64,000 nucleotides of DNA from Vicinamibacterales bacterium (GTDB taxonomy: Bacteria > Acidobacteriota > Vicinamibacteria > Vicinamibacterales > CAVVIG01), in NCBI GenBank assembly GCA_965197865.1, contig CBDANZ010000005.1:846028-910027 (forward strand), in the 5' to 3' direction. The position numbers and the translations under genes were made by a program. How positions within the stretch are numbered: position 1 is the stretch's first letter; the number at the start of each line of letters is the position of its first letter. The notes beneath the pieces were generated by a model. The model searched no databases. It was not told the DNA's origin and saw nothing but the letters and a program-made list of their open reading frames with translations. Below are positions 8,797 to 17,948 of this stretch, one piece after another.

Positions 8797-9733
8797 TGCT
8801 ATACTCCTGTAGGGTTTCCGGCAGCGCACCATGCGGTGCCGGTGCTCAACTGGGCGTCCTCGCGCGGTTCCTAGGCCATGTGCGGGGACGCTCGTCTCCA
8901 ACGCCGATACCGGCTCTCCTTCGTTCTCCTCCAGGTCTGCTCCACTCAGTCAGGTCGGCGGATCTCAGTCCATGGGTCGCCCCACCCGGATCACGTCGGT
9001 CCCGGCACGGATCACGATGGCGTCGTTCACGATGGCGAAACCAGTGACTGGCGCGTCGACCGACAGGTGGTTCGTCGATATCACCTCCGGCGCGGCGGCC
9101 GAGGCGCGGAGCACCTGCGTGACGCCTTGCTTCGTGAAGAAGTAGACGTGGTCGTCATGGCCGAGCGGCGTCGCCCACGTCGACGCAGGCAAGCGATGGG
9201 TCCAGTGGACGACGCCCGAATCCGGCGCCAGACATCGGACGGCGCCGACCGGATTCACCCAGTAGACACAGTCCCTGTAGGCGAAGGGCGATCCGAAGTT
9301 GGACATGGACCCGGCCGTCCACGCTACATCGGCGCGGCCGAGCGTGCCTGTGGGGCCACGGCGCAGGGCGAGGTTAGCCTTCACGGCCATCCCACCGACG
9401 ATGATGAGGTCGTCCGTGACGGTTGGCGACGGCACATGGTTACCCTTGAGCTCGGCGAAGGACCAGAGCAGTTCGCCGGTGTCGGGATCAAACCCCTCGA
9501 TTCGGCCGGCCGCACTGACGACGATCTCGCCGCCGTCCGGCGCGAGCACGGGGGTGCTCCAAGCGACGCCGGGGTCACGGTCGGCCTTCCACCACGTGTC
9601 GCCCGTGGCCGGGTCGACCGCCAGCAGATACGAGTAGGTCCGGCGCGTCAGCAGCACCACCACGGTGTGGTCAGTTAGTAGCACGGAGTTCCCGACGCCA
9701 TGGTTACCCCCGACCGATCCGTAGTCGGCGCTC

Positions 9734-11162
9734 GAGTCAAGCCCATTCTTAGTTGAAACTCTTCACGGCTCCTGATCATTACGCGGCCTTCGTGTTCGGC
9801 GTCTTCCTTTCGATCTTCAGTTCCCGCTGCAATGCTTCGCGAAGCTTCGGAAGGTGGCGGTAGCCCACGACCTTGCGGAGGCGCGGTTCGATGTCGACGA
9901 GCGCCGTCGCCAGCCACCGCTGGCGCTGGCTCGAGTTCTTCCACTGGTCGACCTTGGCGCAGCGTTCCTCGACCAGCGCATTGACGGACTCGAGACAGTT
10001 GGTCGTCTTGAACGAGCGTCCCAGCACGGCATAGACGCTGAGTCGGTGCAAGGTCAGGGTCTCGTCCAGGCCCTCCGCCAGACTGCCGGCGGCCGACTGG
10101 TTCCGGTCGTCCAACTCGCCGTGGAGCTGCTCGAGGGCAGCCAGGGCCTCGGGGTACGTCGGTCGGTTGTAGGCGCGCTGGAGGCGCCGGCGCCAGTCCC
10201 CCTGCTCGCTCTTGGGCAGGTAGCTCACCACGTTCTCGCGCTTGTGCCACTGGCAACGGTGCACCAACGCCCTGTCGCGGAACACCTTCTTGACCGCAGA
10301 TCGCAGGCCCTTGCCCCCATCGAGAATCACCAGCAGACCTTGCGACGCATCGAGACCGCGGTCGACCAGCGAACGAAGGAAGGGCGTCAGGACCTGCGCG
10401 GCCTCCGTGTCCGTCTCCACGAAGCCAAGGAAGCGTTTCTCCCCTGAAATCGTGATGCCGAGAGCGATGACCATCGTCGAATCGGCGAAGGCCTTGCCGT
10501 CCAGGAACAGGGCCACTACGTCCTCACCGGACAGATCCCGCTCCTGAAACTCCCGCAGCGTCGCCGCACTGGCCTGGATGAAACTCCGAGACACCGTGGA
10601 GCTCGACAAGCCGATCGCCCCAGGAACCGACTCAGCCGCCGCCTCGTAGTTGCGGCAGGAGATGCCGTAGAGCACGCGCTTCAGCAGGACGTCATTCACC
10701 TGGCCGTCCTCCCGCGCCGCCTCGTAGGAACGCAGGGGAATCTCGCCTCCCGCGACGCTGCGCACGCGCGGAACCCGGATCGGCACGCGTTGGCCCGCGA
10801 GGCGGACCGTCCCGGGGTTGCTTCCGTGACGTCGTCCCCGCACCAACGATTCTTTGCGCGCATGACGAGCACCGGCCAACTCCGTGACCTCGTCATCGAG
10901 CAGCTCCTGGACGTGCATCAGGCCCAGCGGCACCAAGGCCCGAATCATCTCCACCTTGGCGTCCACATCGAACCCGGCGTACTCCTCGCGGCTGATGATG
11001 TCCACCTCCCCCAGACGACGGGACTTCTTGCGTTTCCTGACCGATCGTAGGACACTGCGCATCTCGGCTCCTTTCTCTTGCGGGTTGATGAGCTCTTCGC
11101 AACGTCATCAAACCACAGGGTTTGGAGCCGTTTCAATTTTCAACTAAGTTTGGCATACCCTC
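9734..11162 (-). mobile_element. IS256-family element (type A), 1429 bp, 8-bp TSD cggcgctc
   Basis: TSD at 9726-9733 and 11163-11170; imperfect IRs sharing cttagttgaaa. Confidence 0.93.
9779..11062 (-). CDS. IS256-family (mutator-type) transposase
   Basis: LFLDG, VILDGGKGL, HRCQWHK, TTNCLES motifs. Confidence 0.93.
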   Translation of the reverse strand: MRSVLRSVRKRKKSRRLGEVDIISREEYAGFDVDAKVEMIRALVPLGLMHVQELLDDEVTELAGARHARKESLVRGRRHGSNPGTVRLAGQRVPIRVPRVRSVAGGEIPLRSYEAAREDGQVNDVLLKRVLYGISCRNYEAAAESVPGAIGLSSSTVSRSFIQASAATLREFQERDLSGEDVVALFLDGKAFADSTMVIALGITISGEKRFLGFVETDTEAAQVLTPFLRSLVDRGLDASQGLLVILDGGKGLRSAVKKVFRDRALVHRCQWHKRENVVSYLPKSEQGDWRRRLQRAYNRPTYPEALAALEQLHGELDDRNQSAAGSLAEGLDETLTLHRLSVYAVLGRSFKTTNCLESVNALVEERCAKVDQWKNSSQRQRWLATALVDIEPRLRKVVGYRHLPKLREALQRELKIERKTPNTKAA

Positions 11163-12621
11163 CGGCGCTCAGGTCCCGATGCCAGACGGTCTCCCCGTCA
11201 TGCGTCAGGGCCATCAGGTCGCCGCTCGCGAAGAACGTGTAGACGTGCTCGGCGTCGACCGCCGGAGTCGGTGCTCCCTTCGACACGTAGTCGTTCCACG
11301 CAAGCGGCTCGCCGGCGTTGAACGACCGCCGCCACCGTTCGGATCCGTCGTCGAGATCGATGGCGCTGACCCAGAGGGTTTCCTTCATCGTCCCGTCAAT
11401 GGACGTGAGGAAGACGGTGCCGTCCCAGATCACCGGACTTGATTGTCCGAACCCGGGGAGTGTCACACGCCACGTCACGGCCTCGTCGGACCAGATGAGC
11501 GGCAGGCGCGCCGCGCGGCTCACGTTCGTGTCCGTGCCTCCTCGAAAGCCGGGCCAGCGCGTGGCGCCCCGCCCGGTCTTGGTGTCACCGGTCGGCACGT
11601 CGCTGGTTTCCGCGTCCTCGTCAGCGGGCACGACATCAATCATTGCGAGGTGTCCGGCCCGTGAGGCACCGCCAACGGCGAGCACATGGTTCCCGAAGAG
11701 AAAGAGCTGGTGCATGAAACGCGGGTTGTCGAGAGTCGCCACCAGCTCCCAGGACTCTGCGTCGGCAGCGAGGCGGTAGACCTTGCCGTCGGCCTGACTC
11801 ATGACGATGCGCCCGGCGTTGCTCGCGGCCGCCACGCCGAACCCTTGCAGGCTCCCGGCCTCCGGCAGGTCGGGGCCTGCAGACCACTCACCGGTCGCGA
11901 CATCGAGGACATCGACCTTGAGCACCGCCCCGTCGTCCGGCGTCAACCCGCCCAGCGCATAAATGTGCCCGCCGGCAGTTACGGCGGCAAGCGCCCGTCG
12001 CTTGAACGGCGCGGCGATCGCCCGCCACGACGTGCCGCCATCGAGGTCGAGCGCGAGGACCGTGTCGGCCCAGACGGCGTCAGCGTCCGGGCCACGCAAC
12101 TCCCATCCGCCGACGACGTAAAGGACGTTGTCCGTCACCACGGCGTCGTGCGAGGAGCGTCCCGCCGGCAACTCGGGCAGCGGCGCCCAGCGATCCGTCG
12201 TCACGGAGTAGCGGGCGGCGGCCCGGCTCGAATGGAGCACTTCCGGCGCCGTGGCGACCGCATTGGAGGCCACCATCCCGCCGACGCGATAGATCGCCGC
12301 GCCATCGGATACCAGTGCAGTCCCCTGCAGGCGCTGCCCCCGTGCGAGCTCTTCCCACGTACCGTCCGGCGTGAGGACAACACGGCGGAAGCTGGGGCTG
12401 ATGTTTGCGATCGAATGCGCGTGCACGCGACCGACGTGGCCGCCGTAGACATACAGCGCGCCGTCGTGGATGATCGCCCCGAAGCTTGCGACCGCTTCGA
12501 TCAGGTCGGGCGGGCGCCATGCGCCCAGGGTGTCGTCCTGTGCGGCCGGCGGGGAGGCCGCCGGCAGAACCAGCGTGAGGGTGAGGCCGGCGCAGAACAG
12601 CGACGGTGCAGCACGAGTCAT

Positions 12622-14050
12622 GGGGATGTCCCTCTAGCTGTTGAAATTTAAAGCGGCGGCTCCCTGCTGGTCGTGATAGACGGCCGGTGGGAAAACCTGG
12701 GGCTGAAGCCCCCAGAAAGGAGCCGCCATGAAGAAGTTTGGCACAGGCGTTCGTGGGCGCCAATCAGCATTGCCGGCACCACGGCACCTTCCATTGGTCG
12801 ACATCCTGGTCGATGCACAGGCCGAGCTCCAAGAGCTGGTCGTCGCGTCGGGCCTGAAGGTCCTCGCGGCGATGTTGGAAGCGGATCGCGTGGCCGTGTG
12901 CGGTCCGCGGTATGCGCATCAGCCCGCGCGGCGGGCGTCTCGGGCGGGCCATGCGCCCAGCGAAGTCGTGCTGGGGGGCCGCAAGGTCGCCCTGCGTCGG
13001 CCGCGGGTGCGGCGCGACGGGCAGGAGGTCGCGCTGCCATCCGTCCAGGCCTTTACGAACACGGATCCGCTCACCCGGCGCGTGGTCGAACAGATGCTCA
13101 TCGGCGTGGCCACGCGCCAGTATGGCCGGAGTCTAGAACCGCTGGGGGCCGACGTCCGCACGCGGGGCACAAGCAAGAGTGCCGTGAGTCGGCGGTTTGT
13201 GGCGCAGACGCAGGCGCAACTCGATGCGTGGCGGGCAACGCCGCTCGACGACCTCGAGCTGGTGGCGCTACTGATCGATGGGGTCCACGTCGGCGGCCAC
13301 TGCATCGTCGTGGCGCTGGGCCTCGATAAAACGGGCGCCAAACACCCGCTGGGCCTCTGGGAAGGGTCAGCGGAGAACACGACCGTGTGTCAGGGCTTGC
13401 TGACCAATCTGCAGAGCCGTGGGCTGCGGACCGACCGCAGTCTGCTCGTCATCCTCGATGGAGCGCAAGCGCTCCACACTGCGGTGATGCAGACCTTCGG
13501 CCCCGCAGCCCTGGTACAACGATGCCAGGTGCATAAACGGCGCAACGTGCTCGAGTATCTGCCCGAGGCCCAGCGTCCGTGGGTGAAGGCGACCCTCACG
13601 CGCGCCTATACGCACACCGACATCAAGGCGGCCCGGCGCTTGTTGCAGGACTTGGCCCGGCGGGTGGACGTCGATTATCCGAGTGCAGCCGCCAGCATAC
13701 GGGAAGGGCTCGACGAGACGCTCACCGTAGTCGAGTTGCCGCTCTCGGAGCGGCTCCGCCGATCGCTGGCGACGACCAACGCCGTCGAGAGCCTCCTGAG
13801 CCGGACACGCCACGTGAAGCGGAACGTGAAACGCTGGCGCGGGGGTACGATGGTGCTCCGCTGGGTCGCTGCCGGTGTGCTGGAAGCGGCCAAAGGATTC
13901 CGGCGGGTGAAGGGGTGTAAGGACATGCCCGTGCTGGTCGCCGCGTTGCGAGCACGTGACGCTCAGCTGGGGCTCGATGAATCGTCGGGGATGGTTGCGT
14001 AGTCGTCACCCGAGCCGCCGCTGAATTTCAACAGCGGATGGGACAAGCCC
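12622..14050 (+). mobile_element. IS256-family element (type B) copy 1, 1429 bp, TSD cgagtcat
   Basis: TSD at 12614-12621 and 14051-14058; IRs ggggatgtccc...gttgaaatt / aatttcaac...gggacaagccc. Confidence 0.95.
12728..14002 (+). CDS. IS256-family transposase
   Basis: LLIDG, VILDG, QRCQVHK, TTNAVES motifs. Confidence 0.95.
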   Translation: MKKFGTGVRGRQSALPAPRHLPLVDILVDAQAELQELVVASGLKVLAAMLEADRVAVCGPRYAHQPARRASRAGHAPSEVVLGGRKVALRRPRVRRDGQEVALPSVQAFTNTDPLTRRVVEQMLIGVATRQYGRSLEPLGADVRTRGTSKSAVSRRFVAQTQAQLDAWRATPLDDLELVALLIDGVHVGGHCIVVALGLDKTGAKHPLGLWEGSAENTTVCQGLLTNLQSRGLRTDRSLLVILDGAQALHTAVMQTFGPAALVQRCQVHKRRNVLEYLPEAQRPWVKATLTRAYTHTDIKAARRLLQDLARRVDVDYPSAAASIREGLDETLTVVELPLSERLRRSLATTNAVESLLSRTRHVKRNVKRWRGGTMVLRWVAAGVLEAAKGFRRVKGCKDMPVLVAALRARDAQLGLDESSGMVA

Positions 14051-14298
14051 CGAGTCATGACGCTCTCCTCATTGCACGTCATGACGACCGTCGCCTATAC
14101 TGAAACAGGCGAGCGTCCGTCATACGTGCTCTGTGTGATGGGTCCGTTTACCGGACCACGCGCTCGACTGGCTCGCCGGGTGGTGCAACACCCGGCGAGC
14201 ATTTTCCTCATGTCGTGTTGACGCTGATCATCAACACGTTTCCTCTCGAGCGACCACACCGGCCACCCGATTCGAGCCAAACGCTAGCTGCGAAGGCC

Positions 14299-14329
14299 GT
14301 TAATATTGAGACTGAGTCTCAATATTAAC
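14299..14329. promoter_or_regulatory. Perfect 15-1-15 palindrome, Fur-box-like operator
   Basis: gttaatattgagact-g-agtctcaatattaac; the core TGAGACT-n-AGTCTCA resembles a 7-1-7 Fur box. Lies upstream of the propeller/TonB operon. Confidence 0.75.
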
Positions 14330-14669
14330 TTAGTGGAAGTATATATGCGACCAAATTGATCGGTCAAGAGGGCAAACTCAGATTCGTCGCCGTGGCTCGG
14401 CCAGAGCGACCCGTCTATCCCACGCATCAGGCTCGTGTGGCCTCTTCGGCGCGGGAGACGCCTGCCGCGCGGGCCGGCTTCGCCTACGCAATCACTGTAC
14501 TTGTGGGGTGCAGCTGCCGTCCGCTTGGCGTGGCACCACGCCGCGACGCCAGCACAGCTAGCTAGGCCCGACGTGCGAGGAATCTGAGGATCGCACGTGT
14601 CATGGGAGCCATTGCTTGGCGCCCGAGGAGTGCTTTCTCTACCGAACCCGGCTATGGGACACTAGAGGC

Positions 14670-15359
14670 ATGATCTTCGATCCGATGTATTTCCTCTTCA
14701 TCGTGCCCGGGTTGGGACTCTCGCTGTGGGCCAGCGCGCGCGTGAAGCGGGCCTTCAACAAGTATTCCAAGGTGCGCGCCGCACGAGGCCTGACCGGAGC
14801 CCAGGCTGCGCAGGAGCTCCTGCGCGGGGCGGGCATCACGGATGTGCGTGTCGTCCGGTCGCAGGGCCTGTTGTCGGACCACTACAACCCGGTCAACAAG
14901 ACGCTGGCCTTGTCCGAGTCCGTGTACGATTCGGCCTCCATCGCGGCCGTTGGCGTGGCGACTCATGAGGCGGGGCATGCCATCCAGCACGCCCAGCACT
15001 ACACGCCGCTTTGGGTGCGGTCAGCGCTGGTGCCGACGGCCAACGTCGGCTCCAGTCTTGGCTATTTCGTGATGCTGATCGGGTTGTTCTTGTCCGCTAC
15101 CAAGATGGTGCTGATCGGCGCGATCCTGTTTTCGGCCGTCTTGCTCTTCCAGATTGTTACCTTGCCGGTCGAATTCAATGCGTCGAGCCGCGCGAAGGCG
15201 CTGGTGGTCGAGTACGGCATTGTCACGCCCCACGAGCGTGCAGGTGTAGACAAGGTGCTGAATGCCGCGGCGCTGACGTATGTGGCAGCGGCTGTGAGCA
15301 CGCTGCTGACGCTCTTGTATTTCCTCTGGCGCTCGGGGTTGATCGGGGGACGTCGGTAG
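14670..15359 (+). CDS. Membrane zinc metallopeptidase (YugP/Zn_peptidase_2 family)
   Basis: LSDHYNP, HEAGHAIQH, TLPVEFNASSRA, AAALTYVAA motifs. Confidence 0.92.
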   Translation: MIFDPMYFLFIVPGLGLSLWASARVKRAFNKYSKVRAARGLTGAQAAQELLRGAGITDVRVVRSQGLLSDHYNPVNKTLALSESVYDSASIAAVGVATHEAGHAIQHAQHYTPLWVRSALVPTANVGSSLGYFVMLIGLFLSATKMVLIGAILFSAVLLFQIVTLPVEFNASSRAKALVVEYGIVTPHERAGVDKVLNAAALTYVAAAVSTLLTLLYFLWRSGLIGGRR

Positions 15360-15494
15360 TCGTCTCCTCGTTCCGTTCATCGCCGTCCCGCTCGCCGGTG
15401 CCTAGCCTGCTGTGGCTCGGCGGCCTAGACGCCGCGTCCGAAGGTGCTCTCTTGATGAGGTCTTCCACCTCCTTGATTTCGAACTTGCACAACC

Positions 15495-15870
15495 TCACGA
15501 CGGTTGTTTAGCGGCGATACGTCGGCGGTAGCATGTTGCGGACTTCATGCTTGCTGCCGACACTTGATCCGGGTCACGAAGCGGGCCACGGCGGCCAACA
15601 GGGGGGGGGGGGGGGTACTCGCGATAACTGGAGTTATCGCGAGTAAACATCAGTGCCGTGCCACGTGCGTACTGCCTAGTATCCGTGCCGGTTTGCGTGA
15701 TCAATCGCTTAACCGTGTACGGATGATCCGTTGCGAGAACCTTTACTAGGTCTCCATCCGTGCGAACCGTGCCACGCACCGCCTCGACAATCGACTGCCT
15801 GATGGCCGCTCTTTGCGCATCGTTCACGATCCCGTACTTGCCGGTCCAGTAGTAGTAGAGCTCGTTAACG
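15495..15870 (-). pseudogene. Gene fragment interrupted by IS256 copy 2 and a G15 run
   Basis: Reading frame continues across the IS (HFVN|ELYYYWTGKYGIVNDAQRAA); homopolymer at 15601-15615. Confidence 0.4.
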
Positions 15871-17266
15871 GGGCTTGTCCCATCCGCTGTTGAAATTCAG
15901 CGGCGGCTCGGGTGACGACTACGCAACCATCCCCGACGATTCATCGAGCCCCAGCTGAGCGTCACGTGCTCGCAACGCGGCGACCAGCACGGGCATGTCC
16001 TTACACCCCTTCACCCGCCGGAATCCTTTGGCCGCTTCCAGCACACCGGCAGCGACCCAGCGGAGCACCATCGTACCCCCGCGGCAGCGTTTCAGGTTCC
16101 GCTTCACGTGGCGTGTCCGGCTCAGGAGGCTCTCGACGGCGTTGGTCGTCGCCAGCGATCGGCGGAGCCGCTCCGAGAGCGGCAACTCGACTACGGTGAG
16201 CGTCTCGTCGAGCCCTTCCCGTATGCTGGCGGCTGCACTCGGATAATCGACGTCCACCCGCCGGGCCAAGTCCTGCAACAAGCGCCGGGCCGCCTTGATG
16301 TCGGTGTGCGTATAGGCGCGCGTGAGGGTCGCCTTCACCCACGGACGCTGGGCCTCGGGCAGATACTCGAGCACGTTGCGCCGTTTATGCACCTGGCATC
16401 GTTGTACCAGGGCTGCGGGGCCGAAGGTCTGCATCACCGCAGTGTGGAGCGCTTGCGCTCCATCGAGGATGACGAGCAGACTGCGGTCGGTCCGCAGCCC
16501 ACGGCTCTGCAGATTGGTCAGCAAGCCCTGACACACGGTCGTGTTCTCCGCTGACCCTTCCCAGAGGCCCAGCGCCACGACGATGCAGTGGCCGCCGACG
16601 TGGACCCCATCGATCAGTAGCGCCACCAGCTCGAGGTCGTCGAGCGGCGTTGCCCGCCACGCATCGAGTTGCGCCTGCGTCTGCGCCACAAACCGCCGAC
16701 TCACGGCACTCTTGCTTGTGCCCCGCGTGCGGACGTCGGCCCCCAGCGGTTCTAGACTCCGGCCATACTGGCGCGTGGCCACGCCGATGAGCATCTGTTC
16801 GACCACGCGCCGGGTGAGCGGATCCGTGTTCGTAAAGGCCTGGACGGATGGCAGCGCGACCTCCTGCCCGTCGCGCCGCACCCGCGGCCGACGCAGGGCG
16901 ACCTTGCGGCCCCCCAGCACGACTTCGCTGGGCGCATGGCCCGCCCGAGACGCCCGCCGCGCGGGCTGATGCGCATACCGCGGACCGCACACGGCCACGC
17001 GATCCGCTTCCAACATCGCCGCGAGGACCTTCAGGCCCGACGCGACGACCAGCTCTTGGAGCTCGGCCTGTGCATCGACCAGGATGTCGACCAATGGAAG
17101 GTGCCGTGGTGCCGGCAATGCTGATTGGCGCCCACGAACGCCTGTGCCAAACTTCTTCATGGCGGCTCCTTTCTGGGGGCTTCAGCCCCAGGTTTTCCCA
17201 CCGGCCGTCTATCACGACCAGCAGGGAGCCGCCGCTTTAAATTTCAACAGCTAGAGGGACATCCCC
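15871..17266 (-). mobile_element. IS256-family element (type B) copy 2, 1396 bp, with a 33-bp in-frame deletion; TSD cgttaacg
   Basis: Near-identical to copy 1. TSD at 15863-15870 and 17267-17274. Transposase 15919-17160 lacks DKTGAKHPLGL. Confidence 0.95.
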
Positions 17267-17317
17267 CGTTAACGAAGTGGAGGCTGACAGCATCATGAAA
17301 ACGCGCTAAGCAGTTCT

Positions 17318-17626
17318 TCAGCTCTGACGAAGGGGCGGCCCGACACCACGCTGCGCATGCCAGATCGCAAGCACGCGGATCTCGTCAGCGCGCGGCACGT
17401 AGTAGACGTGATATCGCGTCTTCTTCAGTAGCACGCGTCGCATGCCCGGCACGGGCGACAGCCGATACAAGCGGCCTACGTACGGTGCATCGCCGATGGT
17501 ATCGAACGACTCGATCAGTTCTTCGAAGAACAGATTTGGCGAGGAGGGACGGTTCGTTCGCCACCAATCGTCAACGTCACGGATCTGCGCGTCCACTTCG
17601 GGAGTGGTTCGGACGGGTAGGTTCAC
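17318..17626 (-). CDS. RelE/ParE-family toxin
   Basis: 102 aa; RRVLLKKTRYHVYY...VLAIWHAQRG; overlaps the upstream small gene. Confidence 0.8.
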   Translation of the reverse strand: MNLPVRTTPEVDAQIRDVDDWWRTNRPSSPNLFFEELIESFDTIGDAPYVGRLYRLSPVPGMRRVLLKKTRYHVYYVPRADEIRVLAIWHAQRGVGPPLRQS

Positions 17627-17853
17627 CGCCGTTGACGCAATTCGTCCACAACCGCCGACGCGGGCCGAAGACGCCCGGCTTCGGCCGAGCGCCAGGATAC
17701 GGACAAGGCTTCATGCAGGGCGCGGCGCTCCGCGTCGGTCAGATCATCCCCGTCGTCGTCAGCAACGAGGTCGACAACCGTCCCTTCGGGCAAAGTTGTC
17801 GGCTCGTCAAGAACGAGCCGGCCCTTCTCGACCCGCGCTCGGAGAGGACTCAT
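17623..17853 (-). CDS. Putative antitoxin
   Basis: 76-aa gene overlapping the toxin by 4 nt; GRLVLDEPTTLPEG and EAGRLRPA typical of antitoxins. Confidence 0.7.
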   Translation of the reverse strand: MSPLRARVEKGRLVLDEPTTLPEGTVVDLVADDDGDDLTDAERRALHEALSVSWRSAEAGRLRPASAVVDELRQRR

Positions 17854-17948
17854 GCACCTACTGTACGGCCTGCGTAGCGTCCCTGCAAGCCTGCTCCGCT
17901 ACTCGACACCGGGATCGATCTATTATCGAGTTTGTGGCCGGTCTGAAC

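Larger units (their letters stand above)
8965..12621 (-). pseudogene. Kelch-repeat + PQQ-type (BamB-like) beta-propeller protein, 739 aa if restored, split by IS256
   Basis: Removing IS 9734-11162 and one TSD gives a 2220-nt in-frame ORF (HRDLS-ADYGSVGGNHG). Kelch GG motifs, then WPGFRG / GQSSPVIW PQQ-propeller motifs. Confidence 0.88.

Noticed and set aside
9734-14050. Identical 1429-bp length of IS256 types A and B implying the same element
   Set aside because: Their transposases and ends are clearly divergent; they share only family-level similarity.
12622-17266. Composite transposon carrying the Zn peptidase
   Set aside because: Each IS has its own separate TSD, so they are independent insertions.
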